64,000 nucleotides of DNA from an uncultured Candidatus Bathyarchaeia archaeon (GCA_964396445.1 CAYNFI010000003.1:2231-66230); one strand, 5' to 3'; positions 9,121 through 19,518 are shown, counted from the stretch's first letter. Notes: generated by a model not told the origin, from the sequence alone. Numbers and translations are program-made.

Positions 9121-10197
9121 ATGGCTGGTTGGGTTGAAACGCGGTTCAAGGAGAGGGTTAGGCCCTACGATGAAACGATGATGATTTCAATTGAGAGACG
9201 CGACGCCCTCGTATCCTACTGCCGCCCCTTCGCTAAGTATATAGACGACGCCTACTTCAACGGCCTAAACATCAGGCTTTACACGAACATTGAGCATGTA
9301 CACGATTTCTGGTGTGATAACTGGTATCAGTGGTCCCCCTTCGTGATACCCCACGGCGAGGTTTACGTGATCGATGACGGTGGGAGGATAAGCCTAGAAG
9401 ATTTATACGAACATCCGGTTTCCAAGCCTGAGATCAACGCAGGCGGCGTTTACAACCCCGAAACCAGAACGGCCATAATCCTAAACACGGATTATTATGG
9501 TCAGACAAAGTCTACCGCCCTCGGGTTGGCGGCTGACATCCTTGAAGACCAGTTCGGAATACTATCAGTTCACGGAGCCTCCGGTGCGGTGGATGAAAAA
9601 GGATTCCTCCTCATCGGCCCAACCAACGCGGGTAAAACCACCCACTCCTACGGCCCAGCGTTCTACCATCCAGATGGTGAATTCCACCAAGACGACTGGA
9701 TCTTCGTCCGATTCGTCGGGGGGAAAGCAGTGGGTGATGCCTCAGAGAAGAAGTTCTACATGCGGACGAACTCGATCAAGAACTTTCCCTGGCTTGAATC
9801 CCTCTATAGGCAGAATAAGCTGGAGAACGTCCGCCCAGATGACCCTAGAGAAAAGTATCTACCCGGTTATCCAAGGGTGATGGTTGACCCGAGGGTTATG
9901 ATGGCTCCTGAGAGGGTAGTCGACCAGATTCGCGTCAACAAAACCTTCCTACTTAAACGAGACCCGAGCGATAATATGGTGATAAAGTCCCTTGACCCTG
10001 ATGAAGCCGTGGAGGTTCTGAGGAAGGCTTCGGAGCGTTGGTATAATAATTACTTAATAAGCTTCGGGAAGCGGAAGGAAGAGCGGAGGGCTGAACTGTT
10101 CAGGAAGCTCTTTGAAAAAGCTGAGCCATGCCAAGTAAACATTACCGCTGACGTTGAGAAAGTAAGGCAGATGATTATAGAGGTCACTAAAAGCTAG
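9121..10197 (+). CDS. Short PEP-carboxykinase(ATP)-like / HprK-like P-loop protein of unknown function
   Basis: NTDYYGQTKSTALGL ... LLIGPTNAGKTTHSYG ... HQDDWIF parallels the ATP-PEPCK motifs (YAGEMKKG, GLSGTGKTT, GDDEHGW). At 358 aa the protein is much shorter than bona fide PckA. Confidence 0.45.
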   Translation: MAGWVETRFKERVRPYDETMMISIERRDALVSYCRPFAKYIDDAYFNGLNIRLYTNIEHVHDFWCDNWYQWSPFVIPHGEVYVIDDGGRISLEDLYEHPVSKPEINAGGVYNPETRTAIILNTDYYGQTKSTALGLAADILEDQFGILSVHGASGAVDEKGFLLIGPTNAGKTTHSYGPAFYHPDGEFHQDDWIFVRFVGGKAVGDASEKKFYMRTNSIKNFPWLESLYRQNKLENVRPDDPREKYLPGYPRVMVDPRVMMAPERVVDQIRVNKTFLLKRDPSDNMVIKSLDPDEAVEVLRKASERWYNNYLISFGKRKEERRAELFRKLFEKAEPCQVNITADVEKVRQMIIEVTKS

Positions 10198-10310
10198 AAC
10201 AGGCTTAAAGAGATAGTACCCCTTCTCTTAATAGGCATTGAGACACTGAAACATTAAAAGTTATAAGTCATAATAGGTTTAGCTCATCCAAACCTGAAGA
10301 ACCCGACTGG

Positions 10311-11123
10311 TTATTCCCGCATGGAGATGTAAAGCCATTTCATGAGTTCGCAGCTGTCATTGATGGAGGCGTGGGGCACGTTAGGAGGGCAGTTGAACGC
10401 CTGTCCAACATGCTGTCTACCAATTTCATTACCCAGCAGCAAGAGGCTGGTTCCTTTCAGCTGGTACCAAACCTCGTCAAATTTATCCGGTCCATGTCCG
10501 TGAGGCTCAGCGATCCGCATTGCGTCGATGCCTACAACGATGGTGCCTACTCCCCCACCGACACCTACAGAGTAGCAGATGTGATGCCAGTGCGAAGTTG
10601 TGGTTGTAATGGGGTTATCATGGTAGTTTGAATGCTTAAACTCCTTCTCAGCGGTGATATCTTTTTCACGGTCATTAGTAATTATGATTAATTCAAGGGA
10701 TTCACATCCATCGTTGATCAATTTATGACTCATACCAGCTGGGAAAAGCACCATACTTCCCTCTCTCACCGCGCAGGCTTGATCACCAGCCTCCACACGC
10801 CCTCCCCCTGAGGCTACGTACATAACTTCCAAGAAATCCTCGTGCGTAGTTGGAACAGTGGATGTACAGGGACCCAGTATTGCCCTTGAGATACTCCTCA
10901 TGTTAAGTAGAACCGCGCCTGGTTTAGATGGGATAGCAGGGTCAACGCGGGTCATGAATACACGTTCAAGGAGACACCCGTGGGACGCTTCCGTAGAAGC
11001 CTGCCACCAACCTCTCATATAAGTTCCGAGGAGATTCCCATTCGTTGGGATAATCGCTCGAGCGCCCGGCGCCAAGTTCCAAGTAACTGACATAGGGTCA
11101 CCTAAAACTCGTTTAACCCACAT
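10311..11123 (-). CDS. Bicupin-domain protein
   Basis: Two cupin-like modules (EVMYVASGGGRVEAGDQ...MVLFPAGMSHKLIN and DEVWYQLKGTSLLLLGNE...PPNVPHASIN). Confidence 0.6.
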   Translation of the reverse strand: MWVKRVLGDPMSVTWNLAPGARAIIPTNGNLLGTYMRGWWQASTEASHGCLLERVFMTRVDPAIPSKPGAVLLNMRSISRAILGPCTSTVPTTHEDFLEVMYVASGGGRVEAGDQACAVREGSMVLFPAGMSHKLINDGCESLELIIITNDREKDITAEKEFKHSNYHDNPITTTTSHWHHICYSVGVGGGVGTIVVGIDAMRIAEPHGHGPDKFDEVWYQLKGTSLLLLGNEIGRQHVGQAFNCPPNVPHASINDSCELMKWLYISMRE

Positions 11124-11234
11124 CGCTTAAAAGTTTTATGAGGAAAGCACGAACCGTTGAGACGCATTCGATTTATGCACCGTTTAGATCAAGTTTAACT
11201 CAATTTAAGTCCGGTTGAAACGCTACATAAATGA

Positions 11235-12905
11235 TTATCCGAGTGAACCCCTTATCTTACCCATGTCCAATATGAGCTTTTTCAGGTTTTCGGAAACAGA
11301 GCCTGTCAGGTACTCCGCGACTCGACCGGGGTAAATGGTTAAGGCAACCCGTTTCACAACCTTATCTACACGCCCCTCCCATAAATTCTTGATGTAGAGC
11401 ATCGCCATCCCTGTGAGAATCTGATGACCGCTATCAGGCTCCTCAAACGTAAAGTATTCCCTTAGGTAATCGATACCCTGCTTGATCCGAGGTGTTAAGA
11501 CGATGTTAACGCTGGGGCTTGGGTTTAGGAACTTGGACGCGAACTGTATATCGTCTTTAAGAGATGGATGTACCTCCTCTATGAGGGTTTCAAGCCATCG
11601 TTGACCCATCCGCTCAGAGATTTCCCTTAAGGCTTCACCTGTACCCAGAAACTCCGGTGGAAGCCCACAGGTGTAGAGTGCAGCGGTGAACTTTACGGCC
11701 CTCGGGAGTATGGCTAGAGTCTTTCTATCGATGGCTGTGAAGGCTTGCTTCACCTCAGAGTCTGGGCATAGAGTGAGGAAGGCGTCGATTTCCCTGTGCT
11801 TTCGAAGCTCACGGTAGTATGAAACGTAACCTGAGCTTAGGACCCGGTCTCGTTGGTCTGGGACTACCTCAGCTACTTTTGAAACAGCCTCAGCAACCTC
11901 GCTTAAGGTCGTGAGGTAGTTCTTCGCGAAGATGGCGATTGTTTGCATAAGCTTTCCCCGTTCGTATCCATCAACGGATAGAGGCTTGGCTTGGACAGCT
12001 TCCTTCATGGTTTCAACAAGCTTCCGGGTTTCCTCTACGCCATGGTCGTAAATCATACCTGATTGAACGGTGTACGTCTTAACTCCACTGTACTCATTCA
12101 GGAAATTCCCAGCGTTGGCAAGCGTGAAGTGCCCTCTGAAGGGTAAAGCCCCGCCGCCTAGAATGGGGTGAACCTCCACTCCAAGCTCTTCCCGTACCCG
12201 GTAGCCATCAGATATGGCGAGTTTACAGGAGAGCACGGATGCTGGATGCCCGTAGACAAGCGCGGTCTCAGATTTTCCGAGGAAAACCCTAAAGTAGTCT
12301 TTAACACCTAGCACCTTAATGGATTTAGGAAGGGTTTCGTGAACAGAAACCTGTTCGGGAACTCCTTCAAGGAGCGGGATCACCCTAAGCTCCATACCGT
12401 TCTTCCATCCATTAAGCTCCCCGGCTAAGGGCTTGAAGAAATGGTTAACCCTATCCCTGCATCGTTTAAGATCCCAAACACTCTTAGGCATGGCTTGAAC
12501 GAATTCTATAACACCCTGCTCCCCAAACCTTTTCATAGAGTAGTATATACCTTCCATGATGGCGAGAATAGCCATCAACTGCCTGAAGGGTTCATCCTCA
12601 AAGGAGCTTACCAACCTAGGTGTTATGAAGACGTCTCGACCAGGTATAAGCCCTGAACCCTGGTTAATCCTCCGGATCACCTGACCTATCTGATGATACG
12701 GCGTTAGCTTACCCATATAATCGATTAGGTACTCGTCGCAGCCAAACCCCTTCTCCCCATGGCTAAGGGAGAGAAGCGCCTCATCAACCTCCTCCTGAAC
12801 GGATACACTGCGGCTCGCTGAGTCAGGATGCTGAGTAGCCATAGCCACGGGGATTTTACGCTCGACACTCATGACGACAGCCACTCCCTTATGCAGCCGT
12901 TCCAA
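11235..12905 (-). CDS. ppcA: Archaeal-type phosphoenolpyruvate carboxylase
   Basis: IPVAMATQHPDSA near the N-terminus and a ~540-aa length match the archaeal-type PEPC family. The likely start is the ATG at 12872 (MSVERKIP...). Confidence 0.8.
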   Translation of the reverse strand: MERLHKGVAVVMSVERKIPVAMATQHPDSASRSVSVQEEVDEALLSLSHGEKGFGCDEYLIDYMGKLTPYHQIGQVIRRINQGSGLIPGRDVFITPRLVSSFEDEPFRQLMAILAIMEGIYYSMKRFGEQGVIEFVQAMPKSVWDLKRCRDRVNHFFKPLAGELNGWKNGMELRVIPLLEGVPEQVSVHETLPKSIKVLGVKDYFRVFLGKSETALVYGHPASVLSCKLAISDGYRVREELGVEVHPILGGGALPFRGHFTLANAGNFLNEYSGVKTYTVQSGMIYDHGVEETRKLVETMKEAVQAKPLSVDGYERGKLMQTIAIFAKNYLTTLSEVAEAVSKVAEVVPDQRDRVLSSGYVSYYRELRKHREIDAFLTLCPDSEVKQAFTAIDRKTLAILPRAVKFTAALYTCGLPPEFLGTGEALREISERMGQRWLETLIEEVHPSLKDDIQFASKFLNPSPSVNIVLTPRIKQGIDYLREYFTFEEPDSGHQILTGMAMLYIKNLWEGRVDKVVKRVALTIYPGRVAEYLTGSVSENLKKLILDMGKIRGSLG

Positions 12906-12966
12906 GCTTTAAGCGTTAAGCCCAAGGACTATAAACAATTTTGAAACCAAGGCATGTTAGGTCAAC

Positions 12967-13755
12967 TCAAGTCAAGCCATGTTGGCTGCATGAAAGCCGC
13001 TCAGAATATTTCTTTGATATGAGTTTTTGGAAACGTTCCGCGTCCTCAGCCATGGCTACGTTGTTCCAGAGAATGTAGAATTCCTTCCCATACTGGGTGT
13101 AGGGTTCCACAAACTCCGTGTAAAGTCTTCTATGGTCTTCATCAGTGTACTTATAGACGTACATCCGCTTCCCAAGTCCGTGAAGCCTGTAATAAATGAG
13201 TTCACGGTAGGCGGTTACAGTTCTCTCTTTAAAAGGATCCACCACGTGTACGAGGTTGAGCTTATCACATAAAATCTTAACTATTTCCGGAAGCCAGGAG
13301 GGGTTCCTAGGCTCCCAAGCGATTTCCAAGCCATCCCTATTAATCGAGTTGAAGAAGCCATTTATATCCGTTACAGTTGCAACCGAATATATGAAGGTAG
13401 GTGGGCATTGGACCACCACCACCTTGGCCTCCAGAACCTCGGCTATCCTCCGTGTACTCTCCCACGCTTCAATGTTCTCATCAGTGGGTTTTAAAAACCC
13501 ATACCTCTCGGCTCTCTCCAAGGGAACCTTAACCCCAGCTTTCCTCCATGTTGGACTTGTCACAGGATGGGTTATAGCTTGGAAAGCCTTTAACGTAAAC
13601 TCGAAGCCCTCTGGAGCAGCTTTCCTCCACTTCTTAGCGGTCTCAAGTCTTGGAAGTTTGTAGAATGTTGATTGAAGCTCCACGAGGCTAAACTTCTTAT
13701 AGTACGCATTGATTCCACCCTGCACAGCGAAGCCACAGCAACCTGCCTTTATCAA
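12967..13755 (-). CDS. DUF72 family protein
   Basis: MIKAGCCGFAVQGGINAYYKKFSLVELQSTFYKLP is a typical DUF72 N-terminus. The 262-aa size fits. Confidence 0.75.
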   Translation of the reverse strand: MIKAGCCGFAVQGGINAYYKKFSLVELQSTFYKLPRLETAKKWRKAAPEGFEFTLKAFQAITHPVTSPTWRKAGVKVPLERAERYGFLKPTDENIEAWESTRRIAEVLEAKVVVVQCPPTFIYSVATVTDINGFFNSINRDGLEIAWEPRNPSWLPEIVKILCDKLNLVHVVDPFKERTVTAYRELIYYRLHGLGKRMYVYKYTDEDHRRLYTEFVEPYTQYGKEFYILWNNVAMAEDAERFQKLISKKYSERLSCSQHGLT

Positions 13756-13852
13756 GCCCTTCCCTTCCCGCAGCGTTTTTCCGAGGGTTTTCTTCGAATG
13801 AATTTAGGAGAATTAACTTATATTCCTGTGTTTCGTATTAACGAAGTCAGCT

Positions 13853-15532
13853 TTGGACACCCGAAGAAGCACGGAAATCACTGAGGGACGCGAGAGAGCG
13901 GCGCATCGCGCCTTACTCTATGCACTCGGATTGACGAGGGAGGATATGGCTAAGCCACTCGTAGCGGTAGCTAACTCTTGGAATGAAGTTGTTCCAGGGC
14001 ATATCCACCTCCGCGCCTTAGGCGAAGCCGTTAAGGAGGGAGTTAGGCTCGCTGGTGGCACTCCCCTCGAGTTTAACACAATAGCGATCTGTGACGGTCT
14101 CTGCCAAGGCCATATCGGTATGTCTTATTCACTGCCAAGTCGGGACTTAATAGCGGACTCCATAGAACTCATGGTTGAAGCCCACCGCTTCGACGCCATG
14201 GTCCTCATCGGCAGCTGTGACAAGGTCATTCCGGGGCAGTTGATGGCGGCAGCAAGGCTTGACATCCCCTGCATAATGTTAACCGGCGGACCGATGCCTC
14301 CAGGAAACTACCGTAATCAAGCGGTTACATTAACCGATATGCGGGAGTTCATCGGAGCTGTTGAAACAGGTTTGCTGACAGATGATGAATTGGCGGAGAT
14401 CGAAAAAGTAGCGTGTCCAGCACCGGGAAGCTGTTCCATGCTGGGAACCGCTAACACCATGGCCGTCGTTACCGAGGCGCTGGGCATGAGTCTTCCCCGC
14501 TGCGCCACAGCCCACGCCATCAACGCGGAGAAAAGGAGGCTAGCCTTCGAAAGCGGATTCCAAGTAATGCGGTTGTTGAAAGCTAGTTTGAAGCCTTCAA
14601 AGATCCTGACCGCAGAGGCTTTCGAGAACGCTATGACCGTGGACGTCGCCTTAGGCGGTTCAACAAATACTCTCCTCCACATCCCAGCCATTGCTAAGGA
14701 GTGCGGCTTAAGGATTGAACTCGGAGAATTTGATGACGTTAGTAGGAGGACGCCGCAGGTCGCGGCGTTAAAGCCCTCAGGTCCATGGACGTTAAAGGAC
14801 TTGGATGAAGCGGGAGGCGTACCCGCGGTGATGAAGGTGCTCACCCCGCTCCTACACCTCAACGTGCTAACGGTTACCGGGGGAACCATGGCTGAGAATA
14901 TATCGGATGCCAAGGTTACGAACCCCCAGGTTATCCGGGGCTTAGACAATCCTGTCCGCACAGAGGGCGGTTTGGCTGTGCTTAGGGGAAACCTAGCGCC
15001 CGGCGGGGCTGTGGTTAAACAATCGGCTGTGGACGAGAGTATGCTGCTTCATACCGGGCCTGCTAGGGTGTTTGAGTCCATGGAGGAAGCCGTTACCGCG
15101 TTGCAGAAATGCTTGGTTCAGAGGGGGGAAGTTATGGTTATTCGCTACGAAGGCCCTAAAGGTGGACCTGGTATGAGGGAGATGCACATGGTAACCTCCA
15201 TCCTCATGGGTATGGGTCTAGGAGCATCAGTGGCGCTGGTTACAGATGGACGGTTCTCAGGCTCAACCCGTGGACCCTGCATAGGTCACGTATCACCTGA
15301 GGCTTTTGAAGGCGGCCCCATAGCTCACGTTAGAGACGGTGACATCATCGTTATAGACATTCCAGCCCGACGGTTAGATGTCAGACTGCCGGATGGCGAG
15401 ATAGCCAAACGAGCGGAGGAATGGCGTCAACCCTCCCCGAAGGCTGAGAAAGGTGTTCTCCGCAGGTATGCGCTCCTCGTGGCGTCACCGAACCGCGGTG
15501 CATACCTAAGAGATAAAGTACCTAACAGCTAG
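13853..15532 (+). CDS. ilvD: Dihydroxy-acid dehydratase
   Basis: [32 protein letters not shown] and [11 protein letters not shown] motifs are all diagnostic of IlvD/Edd. TTG start. Confidence 0.95.
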   Translation: MDTRRSTEITEGRERAAHRALLYALGLTREDMAKPLVAVANSWNEVVPGHIHLRALGEAVKEGVRLAGGTPLEFNTIAICDGLCQGHIGMSYSLPSRDLIADSIELMVEAHRFDAMVLIGSCDKVIPGQLMAAARLDIPCIMLTGGPMPPGNYRNQAVTLTDMREFIGAVETGLLTDDELAEIEKVACPAPGSCSMLGTANTMAVVTEALGMSLPRCATAHAINAEKRRLAFESGFQVMRLLKASLKPSKILTAEAFENAMTVDVALGGSTNTLLHIPAIAKECGLRIELGEFDDVSRRTPQVAALKPSGPWTLKDLDEAGGVPAVMKVLTPLLHLNVLTVTGGTMAENISDAKVTNPQVIRGLDNPVRTEGGLAVLRGNLAPGGAVVKQSAVDESMLLHTGPARVFESMEEAVTALQKCLVQRGEVMVIRYEGPKGGPGMREMHMVTSILMGMGLGASVALVTDGRFSGSTRGPCIGHVSPEAFEGGPIAHVRDGDIIVIDIPARRLDVRLPDGEIAKRAEEWRQPSPKAEKGVLRRYALLVASPNRGAYLRDKVPNS

Positions 15533-15639
15533 ATACACGGCTCAACAGTCTACTGTAGTATTTACACCTTTGATATAAAGAGTAAAAGCCGCAAAATGTT
15601 TAAAACTCTTTTCTGAATACCTACTCATTGGAACTGCAT

Positions 15640-15655
15640 CATCAAGGCCTTGATG
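15640..15655. promoter_or_regulatory. Perfect 16-bp palindrome catcaaggccttgatg upstream of pyrF (candidate operator or hairpin)
   Basis: Read directly from the sequence. It lies in the ilvD-pyrF spacer, about 65 nt upstream of the pyrF start. Confidence 0.3.
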
Positions 15656-15719
15656 TAGATGCTTCATTTAAATCATCTGAAAAGGATAAGTAAGGGTCTA
15701 AACAGCGAATTTAGAGGCG

Positions 15720-16487
15720 TTGATTATGTCAAATTTTAAGGAAATGATGGCGCGAAGCGCGCTGAAAAAGATTTCGAGGATTGTTTTAGCCCTCGACCTC
15801 ACCATCGTTGACAGGGAAAAGCTGTTACGTAAAGCTGAGGAAGTGCTCCGTGCAGTTTCCCCACACATATGTGCCTTAAAATTGAACAGGCAGGTTACGC
15901 TTCCCTTGGGGCTTTACGAGGGAACGAAGGTTCTTGTCGACTTAGCTCACGAACTTCGACTCCCAGCCATAATGGATTGTAAGGTTAACGACGTTGGGCA
16001 CACAAACCGTGCGATCGTCGAGCATTATTTTAACGCTGGGTTTGACGCAGTTATCGCAAGCCCCTTCGTAGGCTGGCTTGAAGGTATGCAGCCTGTGTTT
16101 GAAGTGGCTAGGCAGATGGGTAGAGGTGTGATCCTCCTCGTCTACATGAGTCATAAAGGTGCTGAGGAAGGGTTCAACCAAGATGTTATAGACCCGGTTA
16201 AAGGTATAAAGCGTAAGCAGTATGAAGTCTTCGCTGAGAAAGCTGTTGCTTGGAAAGCTGACGGTGCTGTGGTAGGCGCCCCTTACCCTGAGAAGATTAG
16301 GGAGGTTCACGGCATCCTAAGGGATGAGGTTCCCATTTACGCGCCTGGTTTAGTCGCTCAAGGGGGTGTGGTGGAAGAGGTTTTGAAAGCGGGTGCGTCC
16401 TACCTCATCATTGGAAGGGGTATATATGCCTCGGATGATCCCGTCAACGCAGCGGAGAGGTTTAAGGAAGCGCAATATACTCTATGA
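15720..16487 (+). CDS. pyrF: Orotidine 5'-phosphate decarboxylase
   Basis: RIVLALDL ... CALKLNRQ ... MDCKVNDVGHTN ... LIIGRGIY follow the OMP decarboxylase pattern (Asp-x-Lys-x-x-Asp region). TTG at 15720 or ATG at 15726. Confidence 0.8.
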   Translation: MIMSNFKEMMARSALKKISRIVLALDLTIVDREKLLRKAEEVLRAVSPHICALKLNRQVTLPLGLYEGTKVLVDLAHELRLPAIMDCKVNDVGHTNRAIVEHYFNAGFDAVIASPFVGWLEGMQPVFEVARQMGRGVILLVYMSHKGAEEGFNQDVIDPVKGIKRKQYEVFAEKAVAWKADGAVVGAPYPEKIREVHGILRDEVPIYAPGLVAQGGVVEEVLKAGASYLIIGRGIYASDDPVNAAERFKEAQYTL

Positions 16488-16533
16488 GGCACTTTCCCTG
16501 ATCATCTCTGCAATTTTTTAAACGTCGGGGAAG

Positions 16534-16562
16534 AATATTTTATATACATAAAATATAAATAT
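16534..16562 (+). promoter_or_regulatory. A+T-rich TATA-like block upstream of the inositol-1-phosphate synthase gene
   Basis: The block atattttatatacataaaatataaata lies 40-70 nt upstream of the start codons at 16599/16608. An oligo-T run (caatttttta, 16511-16520) just after pyrF may act as a terminator. Confidence 0.3.
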
Positions 16563-16598
16563 CTTCACTCCGCATAATATCCAACGCTAAGCCACAGG

Positions 16599-17684
16599 GT
16601 GGACATTATGAGCGATAGGATCCGTACAGCCATCGCGGGTATAGGTAACTGCGCCTCAGCGTTAGTTCAAGGAGTCTACGCATATCAAGACGTGGCTGAT
16701 GGGGGTTCCATCCCCGGTCTCATGAATACAAGCCTTGGAGGATATAAACCAAGGGACATCATGTTCGTCGCATCCTTCGATGTTGATGATCGGAAGGTTG
16801 GGAAGGATCTCTCGGAAGCGATCTTTGAGACGCCTAACAACACGAGGAGGTTCGCTACGCCTCCGAAGCTTGGAGTCGAGGTTTCACGTGGACCCATCCT
16901 CGATGGGCTCGGCAAGTACCTGAGACCCGTTATCGAATTCAATTCGAAGAATAGCCCTGTTGATGTGGCTGGTGTTTTAAAAAAAGCGGATGCAGAAATT
17001 TTAGTAAGCTATCTCCCCGTTGGAAGCGAGCGGGCAACTAAATTCTACGCCTTAGAAGCTTTGAAGGCTGGATGTGGATTCATCAACGCCATGCCGGTCT
17101 TCATAGCCTCAAACCCACTGTGGCAGAAAAAGTTCAGGGAAGCCAGGCTTCCCGTAGCCGGCGACGATGTTATGAGCCAGATCGGTGCCACAGTCCTGCA
17201 TAAAACACTTGTTAAGCTTTTAGTAGACCGCGGGGTTAAGGTTGAGGAGAGTTATCAGCTGAACATCGGTGGGGACACAGATTTTCTCAACATGCTAGAG
17301 GAGGAGAGGCTAAAGTCAAAGCGGGAGAGTAAAACGAGTGCGGTGATAGCTATGACGCCTTACCCCGTCTCACTAAGGATAGGTCCAAGCGACTACGTTG
17401 AATTCCTCGGTAACAAGAAGATCTGTTACATACGGGTTGATGGGAAGTACTTTGGGGAAACCCCTGTAACTATCGATGTTAAACTCGATGTCTACGATGC
17501 ACCGAACTCAGCCGGCGTCGTCATAGACGTGGTAAGGGCGATGAAAATAGCGCTGGATAGGGGAATAAGTGGGCCATTAACCAGTATTTCAGCCTATGCC
17601 TTCAAGCATCCCCCTGTCCAGCTTCCCTATGATAAAGCTAAGCAATGGGTTGAGGAGTTCATCGAGGGTAAGAGGGAGCGCTAG
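16599..17684 (+). CDS. myo-Inositol-1-phosphate synthase (archaeal type)
   Basis: IRTAIAGIGNCASALVQGV at the N-terminus, plus GDDVMSQIGATVLHKTL and SKRESKTSAV motifs typical of the short archaeal/bacterial MIPS. Confidence 0.88.
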   Translation: MDIMSDRIRTAIAGIGNCASALVQGVYAYQDVADGGSIPGLMNTSLGGYKPRDIMFVASFDVDDRKVGKDLSEAIFETPNNTRRFATPPKLGVEVSRGPILDGLGKYLRPVIEFNSKNSPVDVAGVLKKADAEILVSYLPVGSERATKFYALEALKAGCGFINAMPVFIASNPLWQKKFREARLPVAGDDVMSQIGATVLHKTLVKLLVDRGVKVEESYQLNIGGDTDFLNMLEEERLKSKRESKTSAVIAMTPYPVSLRIGPSDYVEFLGNKKICYIRVDGKYFGETPVTIDVKLDVYDAPNSAGVVIDVVRAMKIALDRGISGPLTSISAYAFKHPPVQLPYDKAKQWVEEFIEGKRER

Positions 17685-17875
17685 GTTTCCTCACGTCTCC
17701 AAAGCTCCCTCCTTAAAAGGTCTCTTACAGCCGCCCTGATCGCGGCGCTCCTGCTCGGGTACATCCCAGAGCGTACGAGCTCATCTATGCCCTGAATTAA
17801 TGCTTCAGGTAGTTTAACCGTCACAAGCTTCATAACCATACCTTCCACCACGGGGAGCGTATTATGTTGTTGCAC
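17681..17875 (-). CDS. Ribbon-helix-helix (CopG/NikR-type) DNA-binding protein
   Basis: MKLVTVKLPEALIQGIDELVRSGMYPSRSAAIRAAVRDLLRRE is a canonical RHH. The real start is probably the ATG at 17833 (about 50 aa). It overlaps the MIPS stop by 4 nt, convergently. Confidence 0.7.
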   Translation of the reverse strand: MQQHNTLPVVEGMVMKLVTVKLPEALIQGIDELVRSGMYPSRSAAIRAAVRDLLRRELWRREET

Positions 17876-18050
17876 CTGTTGTTTTTAAGCTTAATTGCCA
17901 ATTGCAAAGGTTCCCAGCGGCCTGAAGACCGTGCCTAGCGTTCGATACATAGGAATCCTAGGAGGAGACCTAACTCTACACGCTATCTTTAACACAACGA
18001 TTGAAGACAGTAAAAAGAGATAATAGTTTGTGGACGTGTAACCTAGCTCG

Positions 18051-19442
18051 GTGAAGTCTCTGGTCCCGAAGCTCTTCGGCACCAACGGCATAAGAGGAGT
18101 TGTGAACAAGGAGTTTACTCCAACCTTCATCGCGGGTATAGGCTCAGCTATAGGCACATACTTCGGAGGCGGTAGGGTTCTCGTCGCCCGCGATGGAAGA
18201 GTAAGCGGAACCATTGTGAAGAACGCCCTGTTAAGCGGCTTACTCGCCACAGGATGCAACGTAGTGGACTTAGGAATGATCCCTACGCCTACGGCTCAGT
18301 ACGTAACACGCTTCCACGAAGCCCGCGGATGCATCGTCATCACTGCGTCGCATAACCCACCAGAATTCAACGGTATAAAAGTCTGCGGCTCAGACGGCGT
18401 TGAGATATCCCGTGAGGATGAAGTGGTGATAGAGAAAAACTATTTCGAGAGCAGGTACACCGCAGCCTCATGGAATGCTTTAGGACACATCGTCGAAGAC
18501 TATAAAGCCTTAGAGCTTTACAGGGAAGCTGTGAAAAGCCATGTCAACGTAAACACCGTCCGAAAAGCTGGGTTAAAGGTTGTTTTCGACGCCGGTAACG
18601 GAGTCGGATCCCTCGTAACACCCCAACTTCTAAGAGAACTCGGATGTGAAATACTTACAATAAATGGGCAGGTTGACGGTATGTTCCCTGGGAGGCTTCC
18701 CGAACCTAGACCTGAGTACCTCACAGCGCTACCTCAGATGGTTAGGGCTTTAGAAGCCGACTTAGGAGTTGCACACGACGGAGACGCTGATAGGGCGATA
18801 TTCGTGGATGAGGAAGGAGTGATCCACCCAGGCGATAGAAGCTTCGCCCTCATCGAGAAAGCCGTCCTCGAAGCACAGCTTGGGGAAACCATAGTAACCT
18901 CGCTGAGTTCCTCCCAGGCTGTGAAGGACATAGCTGACAAGTACGGGGGAAAACTTGTTTGGACACGGGTTGGAAGCGTGGTTGTGGCTAGAACCATGAA
19001 AAGCCTTAACGCCATCCTTGGAGGCGAGGAGAACGGCGGGATATTCTACGGTCCACATCAATCTGTAAGAGATGCGGCTATGACAACCGCGTTGATCCTC
19101 AAAATAATGGCTGAGGCTGAGAAGCCGCTGTCAGCGATGATGTCTCAGCTCCCACACTACGAACTCCGTAAGGAGAGAGTAAGTTGCCCCAACGAGTTGA
19201 AGGATAGGGTTATGAAGGAGTTAGTGGGTAGAGCTCAAGGTACCAAGGTTGAAACCCTTGACGGTGTGAAAATATGGTTTCCCGACGACAGCTGGGTGCT
19301 CATCAGACCCAGCGGCACTGAGCCGATATACAGGGTGATCGCTGAGGCGAGAACCGTGGATAAGGCTGCCTCCCTCGCTGAGGAACATAAAAGCATCGTT
19401 GAGAGGCTTGTAGAGGAGCTGGGAAAACAAAGTCCTCCTTAA
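18051..19442 (+). CDS. Phosphohexose mutase (phosphoglucosamine / phosphomannomutase family)
   Basis: LFGTNGIRG, the active-site ITASHNPPEFNGIK, the metal-binding loop DGDADR and GEENGG. Confidence 0.88.
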   Translation: MKSLVPKLFGTNGIRGVVNKEFTPTFIAGIGSAIGTYFGGGRVLVARDGRVSGTIVKNALLSGLLATGCNVVDLGMIPTPTAQYVTRFHEARGCIVITASHNPPEFNGIKVCGSDGVEISREDEVVIEKNYFESRYTAASWNALGHIVEDYKALELYREAVKSHVNVNTVRKAGLKVVFDAGNGVGSLVTPQLLRELGCEILTINGQVDGMFPGRLPEPRPEYLTALPQMVRALEADLGVAHDGDADRAIFVDEEGVIHPGDRSFALIEKAVLEAQLGETIVTSLSSSQAVKDIADKYGGKLVWTRVGSVVVARTMKSLNAILGGEENGGIFYGPHQSVRDAAMTTALILKIMAEAEKPLSAMMSQLPHYELRKERVSCPNELKDRVMKELVGRAQGTKVETLDGVKIWFPDDSWVLIRPSGTEPIYRVIAEARTVDKAASLAEEHKSIVERLVEELGKQSPP

Positions 19443-19518
19443 ACGTGACCTTTAAACGTTTGATTTCATGGTTGAACAACATTTTTATCGGAGTGTCTAG
19501 CAGTTACAGGCGTGGTGT

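Noticed and set aside
14317-14961. Long antisense ORFs inside well-supported genes: 14317-14961 in ilvD, 13256-13663 in DUF72, 40693-41100 and 40844-41125 in gap, 54558-55046 over aIF2-beta and the remnants, 17891-18259, 48018-48476, 63262-63714, and many 60-130-aa ORFs
   Set aside because: These are shadow ORFs opposite genes with strong family signatures. Their translations are Ser/Arg/Pro/Leu-rich with no motifs, as expected from the antisense strand of moderately GC-rich coding sequence.
17681-17875. The RHH (CopG) gene as the antitoxin of a toxin-antitoxin pair
   Set aside because: No adjacent small toxin ORF (RelE, ParE, VapC and so on) occurs on the same strand. The neighbours are MIPS (convergent) and a phosphohexose mutase (divergent). 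It is treated as a solitary regulator.
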